From: the human T2T-CHM13v2.0 reference genome, Homo sapiens
Reading direction: 5' to 3'
DNA length: 64,000 nucleotides
Assembly (NCBI GenBank): GCA_009914755.4
Contig: CP068257.2
Coordinates: 20,384,001-20,448,000, forward strand
Shown here: piece after piece, positions 37,327 through 49,700 of the stretch
Layout: each line of letters starts with the position of its first letter
How positions within the stretch are numbered: the stretch's first letter is position 1
The notes under the pieces: generated by a model
What the model was told of the DNA's origin: nothing
What the model saw: only the letters and a program-made list of their open reading frames with translations
The model's database searches: none
Made by a program: the position numbers and the translations under genes

Positions 37327-37526
37327 GTCTTGCTTCATTACATCTCATTTTCCGTGTTTCCTTTAGTCCTAGTGTTTTCCTGGAATCATGCTATCTCTAT
37401 TCTGGGCTTCTATTGAGAGAGCTGGGAATTTCTGGTTTACCCCCACACTAATCTCCTTATCAAATGGTTGGTTTGCCACACCATTACTGTTCTCCTCCAA
37501 ACAAACACTCATTCACATTATGTGTG

Positions 37527-37585
37527 TGTATATATATACACACATATACACATATATACACACGTGTATATGTATATATGCTTTG
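37527..37585. repeat. (TA)n/(CA)n/(TG)n compound microsatellite
   Basis: tgtgtgtgtatatatatacacacatatacacatatatacacacgtgtatatgtatatatg. Confidence 0.8.
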
Positions 37586-40500
37586 AATGTTTTAAATATT
37601 TAAGTCCTGGGTTTTTTTGGCTTAACAATTTCTTTTCCAATTCATTTATCTCTTTTTTCATTTTATTGTAAACATTCAGGTGAAATGAAACCATTCCGTA
37701 AACATTTTGGTTAGAAATGCTTTGAGTTAAATATTCAATATCACAAGTTATACATTCTACCTTCCACAAAACATTACTACACAAACACAGTTCAGCCAAG
37801 TTCTTTGGCACTTTATATCACAGATTATCCGTCTGCTTTCTAAAAACATCTCGCTTATTCCCATTTGATACCTCATTAGAATGACCCTTATAACTCATAT
37901 TTCTATTAACATTCTGTTCATGATTACTTACGTGTTTTCTAAGGAGATGAACACTTTCTCGACAACTCCACTCTTCCCTTTCTGAGCTCTAACCAGAATT
38001 GCCTTTAGAAAGGTCCTTCACGGCAGTATTAGCTTCTTTTAGCACTTACTCAAAACCCTTCCAATTTCTATCCATAACCTAGTTCCAAAGCTACATTTAT
38101 GTTTTTAGGTATTTCTTATAGAACCATTCCACTCTCGGTACTAATTTCTCTCTTAGTCATTCAGTCCATAACATTATCTGAATATAAAACTAATATACTC
38201 AATTTAAGATGCTGTGACAAATGGAGTAATATAGTCTTATAAACTGAAATTTTTCTCTCATAAATATGAGTTAAATACTCAAATATTTAAGTATGTTGAA
38301 CATTAAAAAATTAAATGTATTTTTGGTAGATCACACTGTGATTAAGAATAATTCAATATATGAGAAAAATAATGTTAAAGTAACTATAAATCCCATCCTT
38401 CAGGTCTAAATCATCATGAGCATTAGACAAAATTCATTTCTAACATTTTCTATACCTATTACAGATAGAATCATTGATAGGATAAGAAAAAGAAAGAAAA
38501 GTTTTACTTAAAATAGATTACTACTTTGTGTGATGTTTTCCAATCTAGTTATTATATTTCTTAGATCCTAGAAGAAGAAATGGAAGTGTATGCAAAGTAA
38601 GTATTTTTAATAATGTTTAATTACTGAATAGTTATTAATGACATTAAAAACCCCACAACACTATGAGTGAATAGAAACAAATATGAAAAACTTAACACGT
38701 TAAGCAAATTAAATACTGGTACTTTCACTCTTAGCTTCATGTAAACTTATGTTTCTCATTACTCCAATTAACAGTGCTCTTAAAACAATGAAATTTATAA
38801 TGATAGTGCCTCTGGAATTCGTGTGGGTGAAAGAAACATTGGTTTTAGAGTGAGATAATTATGAGTTCTAAACTGTCTCCAACACTCTCTATCGTCCATG
38901 GACTATTTTAAATACTTCAACCATAGTTTACTTATTTTGTTTCTGACATAGGATAATGAATTACAAACACATTTTTTTTCCCTTTTAAGAGTTACAAAAA
39001 TAACAATCTATTATTTCTTTGTAAAAATAACTGAATGAGTGTCTCTCCAGGGAGGTACATCCTGAGACTTAGAACAAGAGGACTCACTTGAATACAGGCA
39101 TCATAAATTATGATTTTCTTAATGAAAATTGACTCACAGAATCATTATATGTGAAATATGCATCATTATTTAATGAATTATTATTCTAACTACCTTTGAA
39201 ATATTTAATAACTATTTTTAAGTTTTGAGCAGTAAAATTTGAATTCAATCAGTATATCAAGAATTTATAATTAGCATATGACAAGAAAAGAAAGCCCTTC
39301 TAGAATAAATTAGATGAATACAAAATAAACAATTTTAAAATAAGGTATAAGACGTCATGTAAGCTTTCCAAAATAAACACAGAGATACATCATTCTGTAG
39401 GGAACCAGAGTTTCTTCAGAAACAGATTTCACACCATTAACGTTTTCAGGAACAACAGGCAACTTGATGAGATGGTGTCCCAAAATGACATATTGAATAA
39501 CAATTGAAAGCAATTTAAATAATCACTGAATTTTTTGATGATATAACATATATTTCATAATTATCTGTTATTTATCCAAGAAGATAAAAAGGAAAAATTC
39601 AATAAAGAATCTTTATGAAGGATAGAATCCAACCCAATATTGAGAAATTCATTACCTAAATGACTAATTTTTAATAGGCTGCAGTTTTTATTTTATGTTT
39701 TCCTTGTAATAGATTAGAAGTAAATATTTTTATATTAACAAAATGTATTGCTAAAAACAGTACATGCAAATATCAGCTTAACAAATACTGAACCATAAAA
39801 ACCATTTGGTTTATAGTTTTATGTATTCTGACAAAGAAAATAAAATCTCATCCGATACAGAGCATCCCATCAGGAGTGGAAAATACTAAGAACAAATTTC
39901 TAATTCAGTGAATCATTGCCTTGTATTTTTGAAAGAAATGGTCTTAAAAATGTGAAGAATAAGCAGCAATATTTAGAGGGTACAGCCTTTGGGCAAAAAG
40001 CAATCTGCTTAGAAACAGAAGGTATCCTTTTACACATGGTACGGAAAGGAAAGAAGGAAGCAAAACGTGAAAATTAAGGGATCGAAAACATGATAAAAAT
40101 GCAAGCAAACCAACCCCCAATACTAGCAAATAATGACTGTACACTTCAATTTAGCAAAAAAAGAAAAAGATAAATATGTTATATGATCAAAACATATACC
40201 TTACCCAAAATAATGACAAAAATTAAAAAAATAAACAAGGACTATAATTGAATGCAAAACAAATAGCAATGGATATAAATTTAACATTCATAACAGAACC
40301 AATGAAGACAAAAAGATAAATCGATTTAAGCAACTTCTGGATATAGTGCTCTGACTATTCCCTTGGAAGATTGCATCAGAGGAAAAAATAAACTGCTGAG
40401 TTATCTTGAATCTTAACTAGTAGAATTGTTAATAATTTTGTTTAGAACTGGAATATCATGAGTTTTTACAAGCTCATAAATTATATATGTGTATGTAGAC

Positions 40501-40828
40501 ATATATTTGCATATATTATATATAAATACACATGTAACTACATGTATGTATAATATGTTATAAAACATGACTGAAAAATATTTTATTAGAAATTAGTAAT
40601 GATTCAAAAGGCAATCTGAGAAATTTAAAAAGCACGGTTGAGATTTAAAATTCATTATGCTCTAGCTTTTGAAGTTCTCCAACACAAAACCGAAACCCTG
40701 AAATTTAAAGTGACTGGGCTTTAGTTGCCCAACTTAGTGGCTGTGTTGAGGTTTCATTTTTTGTGTTTCTTCTGGCTGCTTCACAGCGAAGATTTAAGAT
40801 TTAAACTCACAAGCTATGAGAAAATTAA

Positions 40829-41124
<296 letters not shown>

Positions 41125-41794
41125 AGAAGATTAAAATCTTAAGAAAGTAATCAGAATGTTACAGAATCAAAGTCATTCCCTTTAATCTTTTCTGAGATTG
41201 GGCTGTTGTATAATTGTTAATAAATTCTACTCCTACAAATTGATTAAAATTTTCATTTTTAAGATGTAGGGATAGAATATTTACTCTCCAATAGAACACA
41301 GTAAAAGTTATTCATTCCTAAGAGAAATAGAAAAAAATTGAATATGGGCAGGCAACATTATTTTACTATACAAAATAAACTGGTTTGAAACAAGTATTTT
41401 GATGAGAGGTTTTGTGGAGCAAGCAACATTATTTGCTTTTAAAAAATGCCTATTCATGGTTTCATCTACTTACTGCTTTTAGAATTGTTAATTTGGCATT
41501 GTGATAAGACAAGCTGTGAGATTCACCACATTTAATATTAAATGCCAAAAAGAAAAAGAATGATTGTGCGGTGGATTTGAAACTGAGGAACATGAGCATT
41601 AATTACAAAATGTTGAAAATATTTCATTGCACATTTCATTGGCTACATTGTGCTTCTTAGCTGTAGAAGCCATAAAAACTTACTTATGCTCTTATTTCTA
41701 AAAGAATTGTAAATATAATCATATTTAAAAAATTTAAACAGAATTGTGTAGTCATTATTATGTAGTTTTAAAGTACATATGATTATTAAGTTAG

Positions 41795-43650
41795 AGTAGA
41801 TACATTGTAAAAGGCATCCAAATTGGAAAAGAGGAAGCCAAATTGTCTCTCTTTGCAGATGACATAATCTTATACATAGAAAAAACTGAGGACTTCACCA
41901 GAAAACTTAGAACTCATAAACTCAGTAAAGTTACATAATACAAAATTAACATATAAAAGTCAGTAGTATTTCTGTAAAACAAATAACAAACTAGCTGAAA
42001 AAGAAATCAAGAAAACAGTCCTATTTACCATGGCTACATATATTAAATAGTTAGGAATAAATTTAACCATAGACATGAAAGACTTCTGCAATAAAAACTA
42101 CAAAATGCTAATGAAAGAAATTGAAAAGGACACAGACAAATAGAAGGACATCTCATGCTCATGCACTGGAAGAATTAATATTCCTAAAACGTCCATACTA
42201 CTCAAAGCAAACTATAGATGCAATGCAATCCCTATCAGAATACCAAAGACATGCTTCACAGAAACAGAAAAAAAAAAATCCTAAAATTTATTTGCACCAC
42301 AAAACAACCTGAAAAGCCTAACCAATCCTGGGCAAAAAGAACAAAACTTAGGTATCACACCACCTGACTTCAAAATATACTGCAAGGCTACAATAAACAA
42401 ATCAGTATAATACCGGCATAAAAACAGACACATAGATCAATGGGACAGACTGGATAACCATAAATAAATCCACATATTCATGGTCAACTGATTTTTGACA
42501 AAGTTGCTTAAAATACATATTAGGGATAGGACACCCTCTTTAGTAAATCCTTCTGGGAAAACTGGATATCCAGATACAGAAGTATTAAAATGAATCTCTA
42601 TCTCTCACAATATAAAAAAATCAACTGAAAATGGATTAAAGACTTAAATGTTAAATCCCAAAACTATAAAAATACTAGAAGAAAACATGGGGGCAATGCT
42701 TTAGGACACTGATGTTGGCAAAGGTTTTAAGTTTAAGAGCCTAAAAGCACAGGCAACAACAACAAAATAAACAAACAATTCTATTAAACTACAAATCTTC
42801 TGCGTAGCACAGAAAACAATTAACAAAGTGAAGAGATAACCTGTAGAATCATAGAACATATTTGTAAACTATTTATTTGCATATATGGAAACATAACAAA
42901 TATCTGTATAAAGGTACTAATATTCAGAATATGTAAGAACTCAAGACAACTCAAGAGAAAAAAAACAGATATTGCATTAAAAAGTGGACAAAAGATCTGA
43001 ATAGAATTTCTCAAATGAAAATATACAAATTGACAATAGGAATATAAAAAAACTTAATATCAATACTCAGCACGGAAATGAAAATGAAAACAAACACAAT
43101 ATAACACACCAGTTAGAATGGTTATATCAAAAACACAAAAAAATAACAAATGCTAGCAATGATGAGGAGAAAGGGAAACTGTTATATATTATTGATGGGA
43201 ATGTAAACTTGTACAGTCATTTGGAAAACAGTGTGGAGGTTTCTCAAAAACTAAAAATAGAACTACAATATGATATAGAAATTCCACTATTGGGTAGTGA
43301 TCCAAAGGAAAGGAAATCCGCATAACAAACAGATAACTGTATCTTATGTTTATGGCAGCACTGTTCACACTGGTCAAAATATAGAATCAACCTAGGTGTC
43401 CCTCAGTTAAGAAAATGTGGTATATATACATAATGTAATATTATTCAGTCACAGAAAAGCATGAAATTCTGTTATTTGCAGCAACATAGATGAAACTGGA
43501 AGTCCTTATGCTAAATGAAATAAGTGAGGTAAAGAAAGACAAACTTCGCATATTCTTAATCTTATGTGGGAACCAAAATAGTTGACCTCATATAGGCAGA
43601 GAGTAGAATGATGTTTACCAGAGTCTGGGAAGTATAGAAGATAGGGGTTT
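41795..43650 (+). mobile_element. Ancient L1M-type LINE-1, ORF2 (RT-to-C-terminal) region, 5'-truncated; interrupted at 43651 by a younger L1
   Basis: Translation includes [32 protein letters not shown]... and ORF 42121..42312 (...[23 protein letters not shown]...) matches L1M ORF2. The nucleotide sequence near 43380-43640 reads ...cacagaaaagcatgaaattctgttatttgcagcaacatagatgaaactggaagtccttatgctaaatgaaataagtgaggtaaagaaagacaaacttcgcatattc..., which matches the L1M ORF2 C-terminal region. Confidence 0.85.
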
Positions 43651-43651
43651 G

Positions 43652-44519
43652 TTTCCATCAAAAAGTGGGCGAAGGATATGCACAGACACTTCTCAAAAGA
43701 AGACATTTACGCACCCAACAAACATATGAAAAAAAGCTCACCATCACTGGTCATTAGAGAAATGCAAATCAAAACCACAATGAGATACCATCTCACGCCA
43801 GTTAGAATGGCAATCATTAAAAAGTCAGGAAACAACAGATGCTGGAGAGGATGAGGAGAAATAGGAATGTTTTTACACTGTTGGTGGGAGTATAAATTAG
43901 TTCAACCATTGTGGAAATCAGTGTGGCAATTCCTCAAGTTTCTAGAACCAGAAATACCATTTGACCCTGCAATCCCATTACTGGTTATATATCCAAAGGA
44001 TTATAAATCATTCTCCTATGAAGACACATGCACATGTATGTTTATTGTGGCACTGTTCACAATAGCAAAGACTTGGAATCAACCCAAACGCCCATCAATG
44101 ATAGACTGGATAAAGAAAATGTAGCACATATACACCATGGAATACTATGCAGCCATAAAAAAGGATGAGTTCATGTCCTTTGCAGGGACATGGATGAAGC
44201 TGGAAACCATCATTCTCAGCAAAGTATCACGAGAACAGGAAACCAAACATCGCATGTTCTCACTCATAAGTAGGAGTTGAACAATGAGAACACATGGACA
44301 CAGGGAGGGGAACATCACACACCAGGGCCTGTCAGAGGGTGGGAGGCAAGGGGAGGGATAGCATTAGGAGAAACACCTAATGCAGATGATGGGTTGATGG
44401 GTGCATCAAACCACCATGGCACGTGTATACCTATGTAACAAACCTGCACGTTCTGCACATATACCCCAGAACTTAAAGTATCATAAAACAATAAATAATT
44501 AAATAAATAAATAAATAAG
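43652..44519 (+). mobile_element. L1PA (older primate L1) 3' end: ORF2 C-terminus, 3' UTR and (AAAT)n tail, nested in the L1M and flanked by a roughly 12-bp TSD aagataggggtt
   Basis: catcaaaaagtgggcgaaggatatgcacagacacttctcaaaagaagacatttacgcacc...agagaaatgcaaatcaaaaccacaatgagataccatctcacgccagttagaatggcaatcattaaaaagtcaggaaacaacagatgctggagagg... ORF 43867..44124 = [48 protein letters not shown]... The 3' end reads ...ggttgatgggtgcatcaaaccaccatggcacgtgtatacctatgtaacaaacctgcacgttctgcacatataccccagaacttaaagtatcataaaacaataaataattaaataaataaataaataag. The flanks gaagataggggtt|...|gataggggttggctaatgg show the TSD. Confidence 0.9.
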
Positions 44520-44620
44520 ATAGGGGTTGGCTAATGGATGTAATCATAGTTCGAAGGAATAAATTCTAGTGTTCAATGGCACAGTAGGGTGACTATAGTT
44601 AACAATAATTTATTTTGTTT
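44520..44620 (+). mobile_element. Continuation of the L1M 3' end after the nested L1PA insertion
   Basis: ggctaatggatgtaatcatagttcgaaggaataaattctagtgttcaatggcacagtagggtgactatagttaacaataatttatt matches the L1M 3' UTR motif ...ctaatgtacagcatggtgactatagttaataatactgtattg. Confidence 0.7.
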
Positions 44621-44635
44621 TATTTATTTATTTTT

Positions 44636-44722
44636 CTTTAACTTTTAAGTTCAGGGGTATCCACGTAGGTTGTGCAGTTTTGCTATATAAGTAAACATGT
44701 GCCATGGTGGTTTGCTGCACAG
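44636..44722 (-). mobile_element. Short L1P 3'-end fragment in antisense orientation
   Basis: acttttaagttcaggggtatccacgtaggttgtgcagttttgctatataagtaaacatgtgccatggtggtttgctgcac resembles the antisense of the L1PA/L1PB 3' terminus (ttttaagttcaggggtacatgtgcaggtttgttacataggtaaac...). Confidence 0.65.
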
Positions 44723-46439
44723 ATCAAAATAGCTGGAGCAGGAAATTTGAAACGCTCCCAACAGAAAGAAAAGATAAACGCTTGCGGTGATGAATTTGCT
44801 AAATACCCTGAATTGATCATTATACATCGTATACATATATTAGATTATCACATGTACCACATAAATATGTATAACTATTATGTATCATCCAACATGAAAA
44901 AAAGAAGATACGATGTCACAAAACATATTATGAATGCGCCTTATTTACCCAAATATAACTATATTATTTTAAATGTGAATAACAGAAAAAAAAAAGCAAA
45001 CTTGCAACCCAAATCTACTTTTGTTATCTTTCACAGTAAGCTCTAACAGAATTTTAATACCTTCATATGAATAAGGAAAAAGAAATATAGACTTGGGAAA
45101 TTGATAAATGGATTATTAATTTAGAATGAAAACAACAAATCTGCTTGGATGATGAAGCAAAAGATGCTTATGAAGTATTGGGATAATGTGTAATATTCTC
45201 ATTTTAGTTAGACTGTTCCTGATACCAGTTCAATTGAACTTAAAATCCAGTTCACATCTCTTTATCCTTCCTATCAGTACACTACAGGTAGCTTAGCTCA
45301 GAAATACTAGACATTTTAACAAATACCAGACAGTTAATTTTAGTTGCTGATTACTGAAAACTGTTCTAGAAAACTGCATATCATTCAACCTTTTGAACTA
45401 GGTTACTACAGCACAGGAATTAACCACAAAATATTGTTGAAGTTTTACAAAAATAAACTGCAAAGTCTAGTACTATATACACCGACTATTTTAAGTTTTC
45501 ATGCTATTTAAAGGCCAAGAAGGAGCTAAAAGTCACTTTTTGTTACTGATGTTCCACAATGTGGCAAAAGCCATGAATCAGAACAGGGAGCAAAAATTCA
45601 GCTAAATATTAGGAAGAAGAGTTTCTCCTACCTCTTTTTTGGGTCATTATCCTTTCTTTACTTTCATGATATAATGCATTCTTGATTTTCCTCTGAATTC
45701 TCTGGCGGATAATTCTTTCATGTCGACACTTTCTTCTATATGTCACATCTGAATATTGGAATTCCTTCTGAGCTTCTTTTCTCTTTCCCTTTAGTAATTA
45801 ATACATTTCCATGCCTTTAAATTATATGTAAATACTGGATATTTACATATTGACATTTGGACATCTTACAGCTATCTTAAATTTAGCACTCTCAAATCAA
45901 ACTCTCAAACCAGTTCCAAAACTGGTCCTGTCTAAGCCTCCAAAAATGAAACCACATTCCCCCTGTTAGAGATCAAACAGCATCTTTACATATCTTCTTA
46001 ATTTTATTCCTGGTCCTTCATATCTGTTGTATATGTCATGTATAGATATCCTTAAAACATTAACTGGGCCATGCCACTATGGTAAAGAAAAATCTTTAAA
46101 CTTTCCATTGATTTCAAATAAACTCCAACCTCCTCACTATGATCTAGAAGCTATGTTTGATCTGAGCCCTTTGTACCTTTTCAAACATGCATTGCTCCAC
46201 TGTCTCTTGGTCTCATGACATTTTAAGCCCAGCAGCCTTCTTTGACTTTCTAAAACACTGACAGCTATCCTGGTCAGAGTTGTTACCTATGCCTTTTCTT
46301 CTGCCTGGAAAATTTCCACAGGTCTTGGCAATGCTGATTTGTTTACCCTTTGGGTTCACAGTTAAATGTTACCATGTCAGAGAAATTTCCTTTTAAATTG
46401 CACCAATTCAAAAGCCACCATTATACTTTACCTTTGTAA

Positions 46440-46605
46440 TCTACTTGTATTCTATTAAGGAACTTATTACATTTTATTGTCTGCCTTCCTAATTCTAAGC
46501 TCCATGAGGATTAGCAGAACTGCTGACTCCCTAGTAAAATTCCAGTACTTAGAACAGTTTCTCATGCACTGTTATGGACATAACAAATGTCTGTAAAATT
46601 CTCAC
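46440..46605 (+). mobile_element. Possible L2/MIR-type LINE 3' end fragment
   Basis: tctaagctccatgaggattagcagaactgctgactccctagtaaaattccagtacttagaacagtttctcatgcactgttatggac weakly resembles the L2 3' end (gtaagctccatgagggcagggactttgtc...cctagaacagtgcctggcacatagtaggtgctcaataaat). Confidence 0.35.
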
Positions 46606-46609
46606 AATT

Positions 46610-46675
46610 ATTGTGGACATTTGTTAATTTTTAACTTTTGTTATTGTGGACATTTGTTAATTTTTAACTTTTGTT
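46610..46675. repeat. Perfect tandem duplication of a 33-bp unit (attgtggacatttgttaatttttaacttttgtt x2)
   Basis: Two identical adjacent copies at 46610-46642 and 46643-46675. Confidence 0.95.
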
Positions 46676-46721
46676 CAACATTATCCAACCCCAAATCTTT
46701 AACAATATATTCATTTCTTAT

Positions 46722-46790
46722 TTGTATTTTCTTTTCTTTCCTTTCTTTTCTTTTTTTTCTTTCTTTCCTTTTTTTTTTAGAAACTACCTC
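46722..46790. repeat. Polypyrimidine (TCTT/TTCC)n-like low-complexity tract
   Basis: tcttttctttcctttcttttcttttttttctttctttccttttttttttag. Confidence 0.8.
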
Positions 46791-49700
46791 TGTTCTATTA
46801 GATAGTGTCTCAAGGGACTGTAAATCAGAAGATCTTTACTCCTTGTAGCCAAGGGGTAGACACATAATAGAAGTTAGGGCAATCAAATGCTCCCTTTCTG
46901 GCGTTTATATCTTCAGCAAAATCACAAACAGAAAATAATATATTCACTTTCCTTGGTAACATTCTTATGAAATTGCTTAGTACTTCCTCCTTCACAGGTT
47001 ACTGTAATTACCCTGGTTTCTCTTCACATCCTGGTGGTTTTATCCTTTGAATTTTTTTGATCGTTGCAATGTCCTGCACTTACCTTCCTTTGTGGATTTT
47101 ATTAATCTGATCAGTTGATATTTTTTTACTTATAACAGAAAACCCAATGAAAGTGGCTTTACCAGAAAGAAACATTTATTCTCTCACTTTAAATATGGTT
47201 CTAAGATAATGAAGCTCCAGATTTAATTTAGTGGCTCAGTGCTACCATCAAAGACCAAAGTAATTTCTGTTTCTCTTCTGCCGTCATCATGTTATTTAGC
47301 TCTCCTTGAGGTTACAAGATATATGCAGCAACAACAGATATTATATCTTCATGCACAAAATTACAAAAATATATGAAATTTATATTTTATATTTCAAGAG
47401 CAAGGAAACCTTTCTCCAAATTCCCATGACTACAGTAATTGAATTTCTCTCACATTTTATCAGCCAATATTGGGTCACCCATTCTTTTCTTAGTCTGTTT
47501 TCTCACTAAGAACCCACTCTAACAATAACAGCATTAACCCATTTACAAGGATGGAGTCCTCATGACCTAATTACTGGTTAAAGGTTCTGCTTTTTAATAT
47601 TGTTACAATGGCAATTCAATTTCAATATGAATATTGGAACAGACATTCAAACCATAGCAGTTTCTAAGTCTGTCAATTCACGAGAAAATAACTAATTTGA
47701 TTTACTTAAAATAACCCAACTGTAGTTCAACAAAATTGTTCATTAGGGTTCAGGAAGAATGTGAAGAGATTAAAAATAAACTTTTTGGAAAAAAAAAATC
47801 TCCCCATAGATTTTAAAACACAGCTCCTTTCCAAGGTTTTGTAACTCAGTCAACATAAATGGAACTTCTCAGTTTACCGGGGTTGACAGCATTGAATCGT
47901 GGTACATAATACTGAAATACCATGGATAAATCAGGTGATATAATTACTAGTTCCAATTTTTTAAATCAAATGCATGACATTTGATGAGTTATTTAATCCT
48001 TTGGTTGTTTCAGTGTTCTGATTTGGAAAATAAGATGGCACTAGAAATTTTGTCAGTATCCGTTCACTTACAAAATTATCTAAATATAGAGCTCAATCCT
48101 GTACTAAACTATGTACTGGTCCTTGTACTGGTCCATTTGTAATTTTTAATTGATTTTCTCATTTATTCTGTCTTGGCTCTCAACATTAAATTCAATTAAA
48201 ATCTAAAATCCTTGTGTCCATTCATAGCCATGGATTACATGGTGACTTATTCCAGCTCATTCTTTTTGTAATTGAAAAAAACTGTATATAGGAAAAAGAG
48301 CCAAATAGATAAAAGGGCTTTATCAACACACGGCTACTGCAAAATTAGTGTTTAGAAAACAGAAAATCTAAAAACCACTGACATGCTAAACCTAGAGAAG
48401 ATTTCTTTATTCTGAAAGGCAACATATATTGCTCTTATTTATTCCCTACTAAAAAAAAATAAGGTGTTTTTTACAACTTTGGAAGATGAATTGATAGAAA
48501 AAAAAAGCATGTTACTTATTTACAAGGATATTTCTCCATGAACTGCCTTTCAGGAAGCTTTCTCTAATCATTCAAATAGACTTTATTCTCTGACTATGTC
48601 TCATGCCTGATTTGAAGTCTTGTTACAGATCTTTGAAATTAAAGATTGAGGTTTATCCCTATTTTGATTAATACAATCATGTTAAATAATTTGGACTATG
48701 TTGCACAATTTTTTGAGTTAGGACATGAATAAATACTAAATAAGGTAATTAAGATGATTTGGTACTTTCCAGAATTAATGATTCTTGCTTTGCTTTGTCT
48801 CAATGTGAAAGCTCTTTGAAGCTGTGTTCACATTTGTTGTAAGGTTCAATTTTTAATCCACATAATCACCCTCAAGGTTTTGATTAATAAAGTTAAAAAT
48901 GTATCAAAACAACGTAACTAACTGTACTTTCACAGGTTTACAATTAAGTAAGAAAGAAAATTGAAATAGGATTTTAAAAAGTATCTGCTGGTTGAACAAT
49001 CATCTTGAACAGAGAAGAAGATAAAGAAAATGCACCAGGGAAAGTTTTGGGGATGCTTGTCATTATTAGATGTAGGGAGTTATGCAAATGGATTATATGA
49101 ATGCAAATGGGGTTTCAATGAAAAGCAGAAGATTTGACAGATTAATTTATAAAAATCACTAATACTTTTAACTTCATAAGCATTTATGGCTGAAACATCA
49201 CAACAGCCTTATGAGTTCATGTTGCTCTAAAGGACAAGGTTGCCCATCCAGTGAATAAATGATGAAACAGAAATTTGCACCATTTTTGCCTGAATTTCAT
49301 GCCTACTCAACCTTTAATTGGTGCACTAAACTGTTTCATGAGAACATTAAGAAGGCAAAACAGGAGACTTCCTGAAAGAGGAAGGCATTTGTAAAATATT
49401 TGTATAGTACTGAATAGTCTACTCTCTTGGGCTTCCATGTCACCCCTTGACTTTAACTTGTCACAGTTATCAAGAAAGACTCATGTTGTCAAAATTATGT
49501 TGTAGAAATAAAGAATCCTGTTGGAGAACAGGTGAAATGTGATGTCCTAAAAGTCAACCAAAGAGTGCATTTATTTAAAAAGTCATTGACAATAGACATA
49601 GACAAAAATTAGACTGGATGATCACTGCAAAAGACTATTGGATGAGTAATTAGAAGATCATTGGTTACTTTCAGCACAGCGTTTTGAGATAGTATTAGTG

